Numbered from the stretch's first letter, positions 19,755 through 30,151 are shown. The stretch is DNA of 64,000 bases from an uncultured Gemmatimonadales bacterium (GCA_963708135.1 OY970192.1:3296001-3360000), one strand, 5' to 3'. The notes: generated by a model not told the origin, from the sequence alone. Numbers and translations: made by a program.

Positions 19755-20618
19755 TTGCGGAGCAACCAACGACGACTCGCCATCCTCGCCGCGGCGCTCT
19801 CCATCGCGCTGGGCGGGGCGGGCGTGAACGCATCGCTGCACGGCGGCTTCCTGGGACGCGCGCTGCACCGCGCGACGCCCCGGCTGCGGCTCGTCGTCAA
19901 CGTGCCGGCGTATAGGCTGGACGTCTACCGGGACGGCAAGCTGGTGGAATTCTTCAACGTGACCATCGGCCGGCCCGGTCACGAGACCCCGCCGGGCAGC
20001 TATCGGATCCGGAAGATCGTGTGGAACCCCTGGTGGCACCCGCCGGACAGCAGGTGGGCGCGCGGGCAGCCGCCGGAACCGCCGGGGCCGCACAACCCGA
20101 TGGGGCGGGTCAAGATGTATTTCAGCGACCTGCTCTACGTGCACGGCACCGCGGATGTAGGCGACATCGCGGAGCCAGCCTCCCACGGCTGCGTCCGGAT
20201 GAAGAACGCGGATGCGATCCGCCTGGCGCGGCTGGTCGAGCGGGCTGGTGCGCCTGGCGCGGTGGACGTGGACCGGCTGCTGGCGCACCCGCAGATGACG
20301 CGGACCGTCCGGCTCGACACGCCGATCCCGCTGGAGGTCAGCTACCGGCTGGCGGAGGTGTGGAAGGGGCGGCTCCAGATCCATCCGGACGTGTACCACC
20401 GCCGCAAGGAGCCGGTGCGGGCGCAGGTGGCGGATGCGCTGGAGGCGCGCGGCTACTCGCTGGACGACATCGACGCGAACCGGCTCGATGCGCTGATCGA
20501 GCGCGCGCGCACGAGCGGTATCTCGGTCCCGCTGGACGAGCTCATCCCCGGGGCGGGGGTGGGCGCGGCGGGGGACGGCGAGCCCGCAGGACCGTCGGGC
20601 GGGCCGTCAGGCTCCTGA
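19755..20618 (+). CDS. L,D-transpeptidase (YkuD domain)
   Basis: HGT...SHGCVRM; TTG start chosen because it follows a GAGGAGG RBS. Confidence 0.88.
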   Translation: MRSNQRRLAILAAALSIALGGAGVNASLHGGFLGRALHRATPRLRLVVNVPAYRLDVYRDGKLVEFFNVTIGRPGHETPPGSYRIRKIVWNPWWHPPDSRWARGQPPEPPGPHNPMGRVKMYFSDLLYVHGTADVGDIAEPASHGCVRMKNADAIRLARLVERAGAPGAVDVDRLLAHPQMTRTVRLDTPIPLEVSYRLAEVWKGRLQIHPDVYHRRKEPVRAQVADALEARGYSLDDIDANRLDALIERARTSGISVPLDELIPGAGVGAAGDGEPAGPSGGPSGS

Positions 20619-20637
20619 GGAAGGGAGAGGAGGCCGG

Positions 20638-21018
20638 ATGGCGAAGATCCTGATCGTGGAGGACAACGCGGACCTGCTCGCGATCCTGCGCGAGCTGCTC
20701 TCGCAGGAGCACGAGGTGCTCGCGGCGCGGCGAGGCGAGGACGCGGTCGAGCTGGCGCGCGCGGAGTCGCCTGATGTGGTGATCCTGGACCTCCAGCTGC
20801 CCGGAATGGACGGCGTCCAGACGGGACGCTGGATCAAGCAGGAGGCGGCGCCCCGGCCGGTGCCGATCCTCGTCCTCACGGCGCTCGCCTCGGAAGGCGA
20901 CCCCGAGCGCGTCCTCGCCTCCGGCTGCTGCGACTCCTACATGGCCAAGCCGGCGTCGCTCCACGCCATCCGCGCGCGGGTGACCTCGCTGCTCGCGACC
21001 ATCGTGGAGGAGCCGTGA
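20638..21018 (+). CDS. Single-domain response regulator
   Basis: ILIVEDN, DVVILDLQLPGMDG, LTA, KP. Confidence 0.9.
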   Translation: MAKILIVEDNADLLAILRELLSQEHEVLAARRGEDAVELARAESPDVVILDLQLPGMDGVQTGRWIKQEAAPRPVPILVLTALASEGDPERVLASGCCDSYMAKPASLHAIRARVTSLLATIVEEP

Positions 21019-22007
21019 GCCTGCCGCGCACCGCGCGGCCACGGCGACTCGGCCTGCTCACGCCCCCCGAGACCACCGGCGGGCTGCAGCCGCGACGCCG
21101 CTACCCGTACGGCGTGGGCGACCGCATCGCCGGGGACCTCACCGTGATCGGCCATCTCGCGCCCGGCCGCCTCGGCCACCTCTACCAGGTGTGGAGCGCC
21201 AGGGACTGGTGCGCCTTCACGTGCAAGATCCTCGCGCCCGAGATGCACGGCGACCGGCCGGCCACCGCCGCCTTCCGCCGCGAGGCCCGGATCCTCTCCC
21301 GGATGCGCCACCCGAACCTGATCCGCAGCTTCGGGGGCGGCGACCACGAGGGGCTGCCCTACATCCTGATGGAGTACGTCGAGGGCCCCTCGCTGTTCGA
21401 GCTGCTCGAGGCACGCCCCGAACGGCGGCTCGGCACCGCGGATGCCGTCCGCATCGCCATCCACATCGGCGCCGGGCTCTACCACCTGCACCGGAACGGC
21501 TGGCTGCACCTCGACCTGAAGCCGGCCAACGTGCTGTTCCGCGATGCGCTGCCCGTTCTCGTCGACTTCGACGCCGCGCGCCCGATCGACCCGGACCGGC
21601 GGCCCAGCGGCCGGCACGGCACCGCGCCCTACATGGCGCCCGAGCAGATCCGCAAGGAGCCGCTCGGCCCCGCGGCCGACGTCTACGGCCTGGGCGCGCT
21701 CCTGTACGAGGCGACCACCGGCCGCTGGCCCTTCGAGGATGTCTACACGGAGAAGGAGCCCCGCTCGGGCGAGGAGCGGCAGCACCCGCAGCTCGCGGGG
21801 ACCGCGCCACCCGCGCCGCGCCGCTTCAACGAGGCGATCTCGCCCGCGCTCGAGGCCGCCATCATGCGCTGCCTCCAGGCCGACCCCGAGGCCCGCTTCC
21901 CCTCCATGCACCCGCTGCTGCTCGCGCTGGCCGACGAGCTCGACGAGCCCGTTGCCCTCTGGCCCGTCCACGTCCGCACCGAGCGCCGCGCCCAGCCACG
22001 GGATTAG
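21015..22007 (+). CDS. Soluble Hanks-type Ser/Thr protein kinase
   Basis: REA, HPNL, HLDLKPANV, DFD, GTAPYMAPEQ, DVYGLG. Confidence 0.9.
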   Translation: MSLPRTARPRRLGLLTPPETTGGLQPRRRYPYGVGDRIAGDLTVIGHLAPGRLGHLYQVWSARDWCAFTCKILAPEMHGDRPATAAFRREARILSRMRHPNLIRSFGGGDHEGLPYILMEYVEGPSLFELLEARPERRLGTADAVRIAIHIGAGLYHLHRNGWLHLDLKPANVLFRDALPVLVDFDAARPIDPDRRPSGRHGTAPYMAPEQIRKEPLGPAADVYGLGALLYEATTGRWPFEDVYTEKEPRSGEERQHPQLAGTAPPAPRRFNEAISPALEAAIMRCLQADPEARFPSMHPLLLALADELDEPVALWPVHVRTERRAQPRD

Positions 22008-22131
22008 TGTCGTGGCACCGAAGTCCCGGAACGGGGTGGGCCACCCGCCGCCCGTCCGGGGTATCACCGCGCATCCGGGCCCCGCGCCGTCCGCCCGGCC
22101 GGCGCCGACCCGCCGAATCGAACGAGGAACG

Positions 22132-23211
22132 ATGAACCGCAGCGCCCTTCTCCTGACCGCCTTCACCAGCACCCTGCTCTGCACCGCATGCTCGCGGAGC
22201 CCGCGCGCCGATGCTGCCAGCGCTGGCGCCGCCGCCGCGGCCACGCCGGCACCCGGGGCCGCCGACAGCCCGGCAGCCGCCCCGGCCACGACGCCCGCCG
22301 CCGCCGTGGCGGCACGCGGCGGGCGCGTCGCCTCGAGCGACTCCATCGGCCCGACGACCTCGCTGCCGCCGAACCGGATGGGCCGCATCCCCGTCCTCGA
22401 GTACCACATCATCCGCGACAGCGTGACCGGCCAGTGGGAGCGCCCGCCAGCGCGATTCCGGAAGGACCTCGAGACGCTCTATCAGGACGGCTTCCGGCCG
22501 GTGACGATGTCGGACGTGGTGGACCGCAGGATCGAGCTGCCCGCCGGCACCTCGCCCGTCGTCGTCACCTTCGACGATGCGCCGCCCTCGCAGTTCCGCT
22601 ACCTCGAGAAGGACGGCCGGCTCGTCATCGACCCGACGTCCGCGGTGGGGATCTGGCTCGACTTCTCCGCGTCGCACCCCGGTTGGGGCGACCACGCGGT
22701 GTTCTGCATGCTGCCCGCCGCCGCCGCCGGCCACGCCTTCTTCGGGGACAAGGGGATCCAGGGGCAGAAGAGCGCCTGGCGGCTCCAGAAGGTGCGCTTC
22801 CTGCACGAGAAGGGGTTCGAGCTGTGCAACCACACGCTCTGGCACGCGCAGCTGAACAGGTACTCCGATGCCGTCGTGCAGGAGCAGATCGCGCGCGGCC
22901 AGATGGCGATCGACTCAGCCGTGCCCGGCTACAAGGTGCGCACTTTCGCCCTGCCGCTCGGGGTTTGGCCGAAGAACCGCGCGCTGGCCTGGGCGGGCTC
23001 CTGGACCGACCCGAAGACCGGCCGGACCATCCACTACCACTACGATGCCGTGCTCGAGGTGGCCGGCTCGCCCGACCCCAGCCCATACGCCTCGGGCTTC
23101 GATCCGCACCGGATCCATCGCCAGATCATGACCGGCAACGCCCTCGAGCGCGTGCTCCAGATGCTCGACCGGCCCGGCCCCCAGGGGCGCTACGTGGCAG
23201 GCGACGAGTGA
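22132..23211 (+). CDS. Polysaccharide deacetylase family lipoprotein
   Basis: Lipobox-like CTAC, PVLEYH, TFDDA, NHTLWH, FALPLG. Confidence 0.85.
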   Translation: MNRSALLLTAFTSTLLCTACSRSPRADAASAGAAAAATPAPGAADSPAAAPATTPAAAVAARGGRVASSDSIGPTTSLPPNRMGRIPVLEYHIIRDSVTGQWERPPARFRKDLETLYQDGFRPVTMSDVVDRRIELPAGTSPVVVTFDDAPPSQFRYLEKDGRLVIDPTSAVGIWLDFSASHPGWGDHAVFCMLPAAAAGHAFFGDKGIQGQKSAWRLQKVRFLHEKGFELCNHTLWHAQLNRYSDAVVQEQIARGQMAIDSAVPGYKVRTFALPLGVWPKNRALAWAGSWTDPKTGRTIHYHYDAVLEVAGSPDPSPYASGFDPHRIHRQIMTGNALERVLQMLDRPGPQGRYVAGDE

Positions 23212-23430
23212 ACGGAGGATTCCGGGCACCGCCCACTGCCGGGCGTGCCTCGACTGCCCGGGTCAGCTTGACACCGGACGCGCTTCGACTGCCGGGCCTG
23301 TCGGATCCATAACAGCTTGTGACGCCTGCGTGCGGTTCCTCCAGGCGGCACCGCTCGCGCCGCAGGTCGCATGATCGGGCCGGCGGCGGCGCGCGCGATG
23401 CCGCCGGCGCCCGGTGCGCCCGCCGCGTGC

Positions 23431-23752
23431 GCGGCGCCGGGTGCACGACTCGCCACTCGTCACTCGGGCGCCTTTCCGCAGGGGGGTCCGACGCGACGAT
23501 CGGGCGGCGCCGGGTGCACGACTCGCCACTCGTCACTCGGGCGCCTTTCCGCAGGGGGGTCCGACGCGACGATCGGGCGGCGCCGGGTGCACGACTCGCC
23601 ACTCGTCACTTGGGCGCTCCGCTGGGGTCCGGCGCGACGTTCAGGCGGCGCCGGGTGCGCAACTCGCCACTCGTCAAACGGGCGTTCCGCTGGGGTCCGA
23701 CGCGACGTTCAGGCGGCGCCGGGTGCGCAACTCGCCACTCGTCAAACGGGCG
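23431..23752. repeat. Tandem array of 73/68-bp units (4 full + 1 partial)
   Basis: Units start at 23431, 23504, 23577, 23645 and 23713 with GCGGCGCCGGGTGCRCRACTCGCCACTCGTCA. Confidence 0.9.
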
Positions 23753-24097
23753 CGAGCGGCGGCCGGGTTCTGCACCCCTGGCCAGCAGAAGCCACCACTC
23801 GTCCGGGCGCCGGAAATCGAGCGGCGCCTCAGGCTCGTGGGCCCGTCCCAACCCACCACCCGCTTCCCGATCGGCCCCGAGTGGCGGGTTGTGCCGGCTC
23901 ACGCCGCTGATCCGGCGTACGCCGGGCGATGCGTGGGGACGTGCCAGCCCCTCGGCCTGCCGCCCGGCTCGAGCCTGTGCGCAGAATGCGCGCTCCTCGA
24001 TGCGCGCCTCGGCCTCGGCGGCAACGCCGTTCTCCGTTGCCTCCGTTCCCTTCGAGCCCTCGGTTTCAAGGCGGTTCTTGAACCCCGAATCGCCCGG

Positions 24098-24362
24098 CGG
24101 CCGGAAGACCCCCGCGGCCGGAGACCCCCGCGGCCGGAGACCCCCGCGGCCGGAGACCCCCGGCGGCCGGAAGACCCCTCGCGATCGGAAGGCCCCCGGC
24201 GGTCGGCCCCGGTGGTTGAAAGACCCCCGGCGGGCGGAAGACCCCCGCGATCGGAAGCCCCCCCGGCGCCGACGACCCCCGCGATCGGAAGCCGCCCCGG
24301 CGCCGACGACCCCCCGCGGCCGGAAGGCCCCGGCGGCCGGAAGCCCCCGGCGCCCGAGCGCC
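24098..24362. repeat. Degenerate 16-18-bp tandem repeat (CGGCCGGA(A)GACCCCCG)
   Basis: Near-exact copies at 24098-24180 that decay rightwards up to the uppP stop. Confidence 0.8.
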
Positions 24363-24365
24363 CCC

Positions 24366-25178
24366 TCAGAACCCCCCGACCACCCAGTAGTAGGCGAGGA
24401 TCACGACCCCGAAGGCGATGCGGTACCACGCGAACCCCCGGAAATCGTGGCTCGCGACGTAGCGGAGCAGCCAGCGCACGACGAAGAGCCCGGAGATGAA
24501 CGCCACGACGAAGCCGACGGCGAAGACGCCGGCGTCGCCGGGGTGCAGGCCGGCGCGGCCCTTGTAGAGGTCGTAGAGCGTGGCCGCGAACATGACGGGG
24601 ATGGCCAGGAAGAAGGAGAACTCGGTGGCGGCGACGCGGGAGCAGCGGAGCACGAGGGCGCCCATGATCGTCGCGCCGGAGCGGGAGACGCCGGGGAAGA
24701 GGGCGAGCACCTGGGCGATGCCGATGCCGAGCGCGGTGCGCGGCCGGATCTCGGCGACGGCCGTGATGGTGGGCGGCGGGCGGTAGCGCTCGACGAGCAG
24801 GATGCCGATCCCGCCCACGATGAGCGCGAGCGCGACGGTGACGGGGTTGAAGAGGTACTCCAGGATTAGGCTGTGGATGGCCAGCCCGACGATGGCAGCG
24901 GGGAGGAAGGCCAGGAACAGGTTCCACAGGAAGAGCCGGTCGCGGGCGCTCCGCATCCAGTGGAGCGCCACGTCCCACAGCATGCGGCGGTAGAACCAGA
25001 CCACGGCCAGGATCGCGCCCAGCTGGATGAAGATGGCGAACGTCTCCGCGCGTGCATCCTCCCAGCCCAGCAGGTGCTCGGCCAGGATCAGGTGCCCCGT
25101 CGAGGACACCGGGATGAACTCCGTGGCGCCCTCGATGAGGCCGAGGATCACGGCCTTCCCGTACAGAAACGGCTCCAT
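24366..25178 (-). CDS. uppP: Undecaprenyl-diphosphate phosphatase
   Basis: EGATEFIPVSSTGHL, IQLGAILAV, PGVSRSGATI, EFSFFLAIP. Confidence 0.95.
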   Translation of the reverse strand: MEPFLYGKAVILGLIEGATEFIPVSSTGHLILAEHLLGWEDARAETFAIFIQLGAILAVVWFYRRMLWDVALHWMRSARDRLFLWNLFLAFLPAAIVGLAIHSLILEYLFNPVTVALALIVGGIGILLVERYRPPPTITAVAEIRPRTALGIGIAQVLALFPGVSRSGATIMGALVLRCSRVAATEFSFFLAIPVMFAATLYDLYKGRAGLHPGDAGVFAVGFVVAFISGLFVVRWLLRYVASHDFRGFAWYRIAFGVVILAYYWVVGGF

Positions 25179-25342
25179 TCGCTCTCCCGTTCGGGGCTCG
25201 CGCCGGCGGCATGCAAGGGACCTGCCGCCGGGCGGTGGCGGCCGCAATGTCGCGGCCGTCCCGGCGTCGCGCCAGCGGGGCCGCCCTTGCACGCCGGCCC
25301 GGCTCCCGGCCATCTTGGCCGTATTCCCCGCGGGAGGTTCCC

Positions 25343-26167
25343 ATGACCAGACTCGTGCTGTCCCCGGCCGTCGCCGTGGCGCTCCTGGCGTGCGCCGGCC
25401 TCGCGGCGGCGCAGGAGCGGATCGTCAGCGGGAGGATCGTCGTCCAGGGGACGGATGCGCCGCTCGGAAATGCGGGCGTCCACGTCGTCGGGCGGGACGT
25501 GGGCGTGTGCACGACGCAGAACGGCGAGTTCGCGCTGGCGGCACCCGCCGGGGCCACGGAGCTCGAGTTGAGCGTGCCGGGGTGGACGGGGCGCGTGTGG
25601 CTCGCGCCGTCGCAGAGCGACGTGACGCTGAAGATCGACTCGCGGGTGGTGGCCACGCTCCCCGAGCTGGTCGTGACGGCGCAGGCGGCGCCGCCGATCG
25701 AGCGCTCCGAGGGCAACGCCGTCGCGCGGATCGAGGTGGCACGGCTGCGCCGGCCGCCCGCCGGCTCGATCGAGACCATGCTGGCGGGGCTCGTGCCGGG
25801 GCTCCGCGTCACGCGGCCGAACGTGGCGGGGCGTGGCTCGCAGATCCAGATCCGCGGCGTCAACAGCATCACCGGGAGCACCTCGCCCGTCTTCGTGATC
25901 GACGGCGTGATGATCGCCGAGCCGCCGACGACCGGAGCGGCAGACGCGCGCTTCGGCTCGCCGGCGCAGGAGCTGGCGGACCGCATCGCGGAGATCGACC
26001 CGAACGACGTCGAGAGCATCCGCGTGCTGCGCGGCGCCTCGGCGGCCGCCCGCTACGGCCCGCAGGCGGCCAACGGCGTCATCCTGATCACGACCAGGCG
26101 CGGGCTGGCGCTGCCCGAGCAGGTGCGCGCCGACCCGCTTCCCGTCTGCCCTCCGGCTCATCGCTGA
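25343..26167 (+). CDS. SusC-like N-terminal plus TonB plug-domain protein lacking a beta-barrel
   Basis: Signal peptide, ELVVTA, IQIRGVNS, PVFVIDG, IDPNDVESIRVLRGASAAARYG..ANGVILITT, then a stop about 20 aa later. Confidence 0.85.
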   Translation: MTRLVLSPAVAVALLACAGLAAAQERIVSGRIVVQGTDAPLGNAGVHVVGRDVGVCTTQNGEFALAAPAGATELELSVPGWTGRVWLAPSQSDVTLKIDSRVVATLPELVVTAQAAPPIERSEGNAVARIEVARLRRPPAGSIETMLAGLVPGLRVTRPNVAGRGSQIQIRGVNSITGSTSPVFVIDGVMIAEPPTTGAADARFGSPAQELADRIAEIDPNDVESIRVLRGASAAARYGPQAANGVILITTRRGLALPEQVRADPLPVCPPAHR

Positions 26168-26201
26168 GCCACCGATCCCGAGACCCCGACCCGGAGGAAC
26201 G

Positions 26202-28466
26202 ATGAAGCAATTCCGGCCGCATGCGGCGGTGCCGCGCCCGACCTTCCCCTCGATCCTGGCGCTCGGCGCCGCGTGCGTCCTGGCCGCCCCTCCCCGGGCC
26301 GCCGCGCAGCAGCCGATCCGCGGCTTCCCCACCGATGCCCTGGCCACGGAGGCGCAGCACGAGCAGCTCGCGCGCTCCATCCCCTCGCCCGACACGCTGA
26401 AGGACCAGCTGCGGATCCTGAGCGAGGACCCGCACGAGGCGGGCACCGAGCGCTCGAAGCACGTGGCCGAGCTGATCCTGGCGCGCCTGAAGTCCTACGG
26501 CCTGGACGCCCACATCGAGGAGCTCGAGGCGCTCATGCCGCGCCCGACCTCGCGCACGCTCGAGCTGATCGCGCCGGAGAAGTACACGGCCGTGCTCAAG
26601 GAGCCGGCGATCCCGGAGGACAAGGACTCGAACGACGCCAACCAGCTGCCCACGGCGAACTTCTACTCGCCCGACGGCGATGTGACCGGCGAGCTGGTCT
26701 TCGTCAACTACGGCGTGCCCGCGGATTACACGACGCTGGACTCGCTGGGCGTGAGCGTGAAGGGGAAGATCGTCATCGCGAAGTACGGCGGCTCGTGGCG
26801 CGGCATCAAGCCCAAGGTCGCGGCCGAGCACGGCGCCATCGGCTGCATCATCTATTCGGACCCGAAGGACGATGGCTACTGGGTGGACGACATCTACCCG
26901 AAGGGGCCGATGCGTCCCTGGCAGGGCGTGCAGCGCGGCAGCGTGATGGACATGCCCACCTACCCGGGCGACCCGCTCTCCCCCGGCTTCGCCTCCGAGC
27001 CCGGCATGCAGCCCGGCCAGGGCAGGATGCTCCAGATCTCGCAGGCGACGACGATCGAGAAGATCCCCGTGCTCCCGATCTCCTACGGCGACGCGCTGCC
27101 CCTCCTGAAAAACCTCGGCGGCCCGGTCGCGCCGGAATCGTGGCGCGGCGCGCTGCCGATCACCTACCACATCGGCGCCGGCCCCGCCAAGGTCCACCTG
27201 GCGCTCGCGTTCGACTGGCACGAGCGCCCGCTCTACGACGTCATCGCCCGCATCCCCGGCCGCGTTGCGCCCGACCAGTGGGTGGTCTACGGCAACCACC
27301 ACGACGCCTGGGTGAACGGGGCCGAGGACCCGCTCTCGGGGCAGGTCGCCCTCGACGAGACGGGCCGCGCGCTGGGCAGGCTCCTGAAGACCGGCTGGCG
27401 GCCCGAGCGCACCATCATCCTGGCCGCCTGGGACGGCGAAGAGTGGGGGCTGCTCGGCTCCACGGAGTGGGCCGAGAAGCACGCGCAGGAGCTCAGGGAC
27501 CACGCCGTGGTCTACTTCAACAGCGACACCAACTCGCGCGGCTGGCTCGGCGCCGCGGGCTCGCACTCGCTCGAGACCTTCGTGCGCCAGGTCGCCCGCG
27601 ACGTGAAGGATCCGAAGACCGGGAAGAGCGTGCTGGATGCCGCCATCGACCGCCGGCTCGAGCGCCGCGACCGCGGCCGCCGGGGCGAGGCCGCCGCGCA
27701 CGACACCGCCGCCACCCCCGTGGTCAACCGCGACACCATGTTCGCCGTCGGCGCGCTCGGCTCCGGCTCCGACTACACCGTCTTCATCGACCACCTCGGC
27801 ATCCCGTCGCTGAACATGGCCTACGGCGGCGGCGAGCACGCCGGGATCTACCACTCCATCTACGACAGCTACGACTTCTACACCCGCTTCCTCGACCCGA
27901 CCTTCGGCTACGAGACGGCCGAGGCCCGGACCATGGCGACGGCGCTGCTGCGGATGGCCGACGCACCCGTGCTCCCCTTCGACTTCACCCGCGCGGCGCA
28001 CTACTACCGGGGGTACGCCGACCAGATCGCGAAGGAGGCGAGGCGGGAGCCGAAGACGGCCGGCCTGGACCTCTCGGCCGTCCGCTCGGCGCTCGACCAC
28101 CTCGACCGCGCCGCCAGCGCCTACGAGGCGACGATGGCCCGCCTCGGCGGCGTCTCCTCGAAGACCCTCGCCTCCCGGGCGAAGCAGCTCGCCGCCGTGA
28201 ACCTCACCCTCGGCCAGGCCGAGCAGCGCCTCAGCGATGACGCCGGCCTGCCGAAGCGGCCCTGGTTCGAGCACCTCATCTACGCGCCCGGCTATTACAC
28301 GGGCTACGGCGTCAAGACGATGCCCGGCATCCGCGAGGCCGTCGAGGACGTGCCCGACCAGGCCGTCGCCCAGGCGCAGGCCGCGCGCGTCGCGAAGGCG
28401 CTCGATGCCTACGCCGCGCAGATCGAGGCGGCCAACGCCGGCCTGGAGAAGGTGCTCGGAGGCTAG
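26202..28466 (+). CDS. M28B glutamate carboxypeptidase II-like peptidase (PA and TfR dimerisation domains)
   Basis: GNHHDAW, DGEEWGLLGS, GSGSDY, YHSIYD, HLIYAPG. Confidence 0.92.
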   Translation: MKQFRPHAAVPRPTFPSILALGAACVLAAPPRAAAQQPIRGFPTDALATEAQHEQLARSIPSPDTLKDQLRILSEDPHEAGTERSKHVAELILARLKSYGLDAHIEELEALMPRPTSRTLELIAPEKYTAVLKEPAIPEDKDSNDANQLPTANFYSPDGDVTGELVFVNYGVPADYTTLDSLGVSVKGKIVIAKYGGSWRGIKPKVAAEHGAIGCIIYSDPKDDGYWVDDIYPKGPMRPWQGVQRGSVMDMPTYPGDPLSPGFASEPGMQPGQGRMLQISQATTIEKIPVLPISYGDALPLLKNLGGPVAPESWRGALPITYHIGAGPAKVHLALAFDWHERPLYDVIARIPGRVAPDQWVVYGNHHDAWVNGAEDPLSGQVALDETGRALGRLLKTGWRPERTIILAAWDGEEWGLLGSTEWAEKHAQELRDHAVVYFNSDTNSRGWLGAAGSHSLETFVRQVARDVKDPKTGKSVLDAAIDRRLERRDRGRRGEAAAHDTAATPVVNRDTMFAVGALGSGSDYTVFIDHLGIPSLNMAYGGGEHAGIYHSIYDSYDFYTRFLDPTFGYETAEARTMATALLRMADAPVLPFDFTRAAHYYRGYADQIAKEARREPKTAGLDLSAVRSALDHLDRAASAYEATMARLGGVSSKTLASRAKQLAAVNLTLGQAEQRLSDDAGLPKRPWFEHLIYAPGYYTGYGVKTMPGIREAVEDVPDQAVAQAQAARVAKALDAYAAQIEAANAGLEKVLGG

Positions 28467-28474
28467 CGCCGGCC

Positions 28475-30151
28475 ATGCACGGCCCGATCGGCGGCGCGGA
28501 GGCGAGAAAGGAGCCGAAGCGCCGCGGCGTGCACGCCGCGGCGCTTCGGCTCCTCCATCTGCGCCCCTCCGAGCGGCCGGCCGTGGTCAAGCGCATGTTC
28601 CTCGAGGACCGGCGCGACACGGTGGGCTTCTGGCTGCTCACCCTCGTCTCCACGGGAATCGCCACGCTCGGCCTCGCCCTCGGCAGCACGGCCGTGGTCA
28701 TCGGCGCCATGCTCATCGCGCCCGTGATGGGCCCCATCGTCGAGCTCGGGATGGCGCTCGTCGTGGGCTCCCCCGCTCTCACCGTCCGCTCCCTCTTCCG
28801 CGTGCTCGGCAGCTTCGTCGCCGTGGCCGGCGGCGCCGCGCTCCTCACGCTGGTGCTCCCGTTCCACCAGGTCACGGCCGAGATCGCAGCGCGCACCGCG
28901 CCCACGACGCTCGACCTGCTCATTGCCATTCTCGTCGCCGTCGCGGCCGCCTTCACCACCGTGCGCGGCAGCTCCGCCACCGCCAGCGCCGCGGCCGGCA
29001 CCGCCATCGGCATCGCGCTCGTGCCGCCGCTCTGCACCCTCGGCTTCGGCCTTGGCGTGCGCGACGCCTCCATCGCCAGCGGCGCCGCGCTCCTCTTCCT
29101 CACCGACTTCACCGCCATCCTCTTCGTCTCCGCCGCCTCGTTCTGGCTGCTCGGCTTCGAGACCATCGATGCGACGGAATGGGAGGACGCGGCGCTCGCC
29201 GAGGAGCGGCCGGGTGGGCCGATGCACCGCGCCATGGCCCGGGTGCGCACCATCTTCGCGTCGCGCTACGGCCGACTCCTGCGCATCTCGCTCCCGATCG
29301 TCCTCGTCGCCGCCCTCCTCTACCCGCTGGGGGCCGCCCTCGCGGAGGTGGCGTGGGAGGTCCGCTCGCGCGCCGCCATCACCAGCCTCATCGCCGAGGC
29401 CACCGGCCGCCACCCCGCCGTGCAGACCACCGTGGCCGTGAAGTCGCACCGCGTGACCGTGGACGTCTACGTCGTCGCCGCGCCCGGCCAGGCGCAGGCC
29501 ATGGAGGATTGGCTGGGGAGCCGGATCGCCGCGGCCACCCACGTCGTCCCCACCGTTACCGTGATGGCGGTGGCGGACGTGGACGCCCTGCGCGGCGCGG
29601 TCCAGGCCGCGGTCCCCGCGGCGGCGGGCGCGGCCGGCGCGGCGCCACTGGCCGAGCTGCGCCGGCGAGTGGATGGCGCGCTCCGCCAGCAGTGGCCCGT
29701 CCGCTCGCTCGGACGCGTGCAGGCGTGGACGCTCTCGGTGGATTCGGGGATGGTGCGGGTAGACGTCGCCTACTGGGGCCGAGCCGCGGATTCCGCCGCC
29801 GCCGAGGTGCTCGGCCGCGGCCTCTCCGCCCGCACCGGCGACAGCGTGGCGGTGGGGCTCCGCTCGCTCGACTCGACCGCCATCAGCGCCCCCTTCGGCT
29901 CGGGCGTGGACTGGCTGCCGGCGCTCGCCGGCGCCGCGGCGGTCGTGGCCGCCGTGCCCGGCACGGCGGCATGCGTCGGGCTGCCCGCCCGCGACACCGC
30001 CGGCCCGCTGCACCGCGCCGCGGGCACCATCCTGGCCTCCGCCCCGCCCACGCGCGTCACGGTCGCGACCGACACCGCCTGGACCGTCCGGCTGCTGCCC
30101 CACCCCTGCATCCCGCCGCCCTCCGACACCACCCAGGCCCCACCTCCGTAG
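28475..30151 (+). CDS. DUF389 family membrane protein with C-terminal extension
   Basis: STAVVIGAMLIAPVMGPI, EIAARTAPT, GTAIGIALVPPL. Confidence 0.88.
   Translation: MHGPIGGAEARKEPKRRGVHAAALRLLHLRPSERPAVVKRMFLEDRRDTVGFWLLTLVSTGIATLGLALGSTAVVIGAMLIAPVMGPIVELGMALVVGSPALTVRSLFRVLGSFVAVAGGAALLTLVLPFHQVTAEIAARTAPTTLDLLIAILVAVAAAFTTVRGSSATASAAAGTAIGIALVPPLCTLGFGLGVRDASIASGAALLFLTDFTAILFVSAASFWLLGFETIDATEWEDAALAEERPGGPMHRAMARVRTIFASRYGRLLRISLPIVLVAALLYPLGAALAEVAWEVRSRAAITSLIAEATGRHPAVQTTVAVKSHRVTVDVYVVAAPGQAQAMEDWLGSRIAAATHVVPTVTVMAVADVDALRGAVQAAVPAAAGAAGAAPLAELRRRVDGALRQQWPVRSLGRVQAWTLSVDSGMVRVDVAYWGRAADSAAAEVLGRGLSARTGDSVAVGLRSLDSTAISAPFGSGVDWLPALAGAAAVVAAVPGTAACVGLPARDTAGPLHRAAGTILASAPPTRVTVATDTAWTVRLLPHPCIPPPSDTTQAPPP

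Noticed and set aside
23431..23752. Possible CRISPR array
   Set aside because: The would-be spacers are identical or clearly homologous, so this is a tandem repeat.
23319..24499. Long ORFs over the repeat region, and similar ORFs at 46698-48767, 41316-42164 and 1442-2248
   Set aside because: These are low-complexity translations of non-coding repeats with no domain motifs or RBS, as expected at this GC content.
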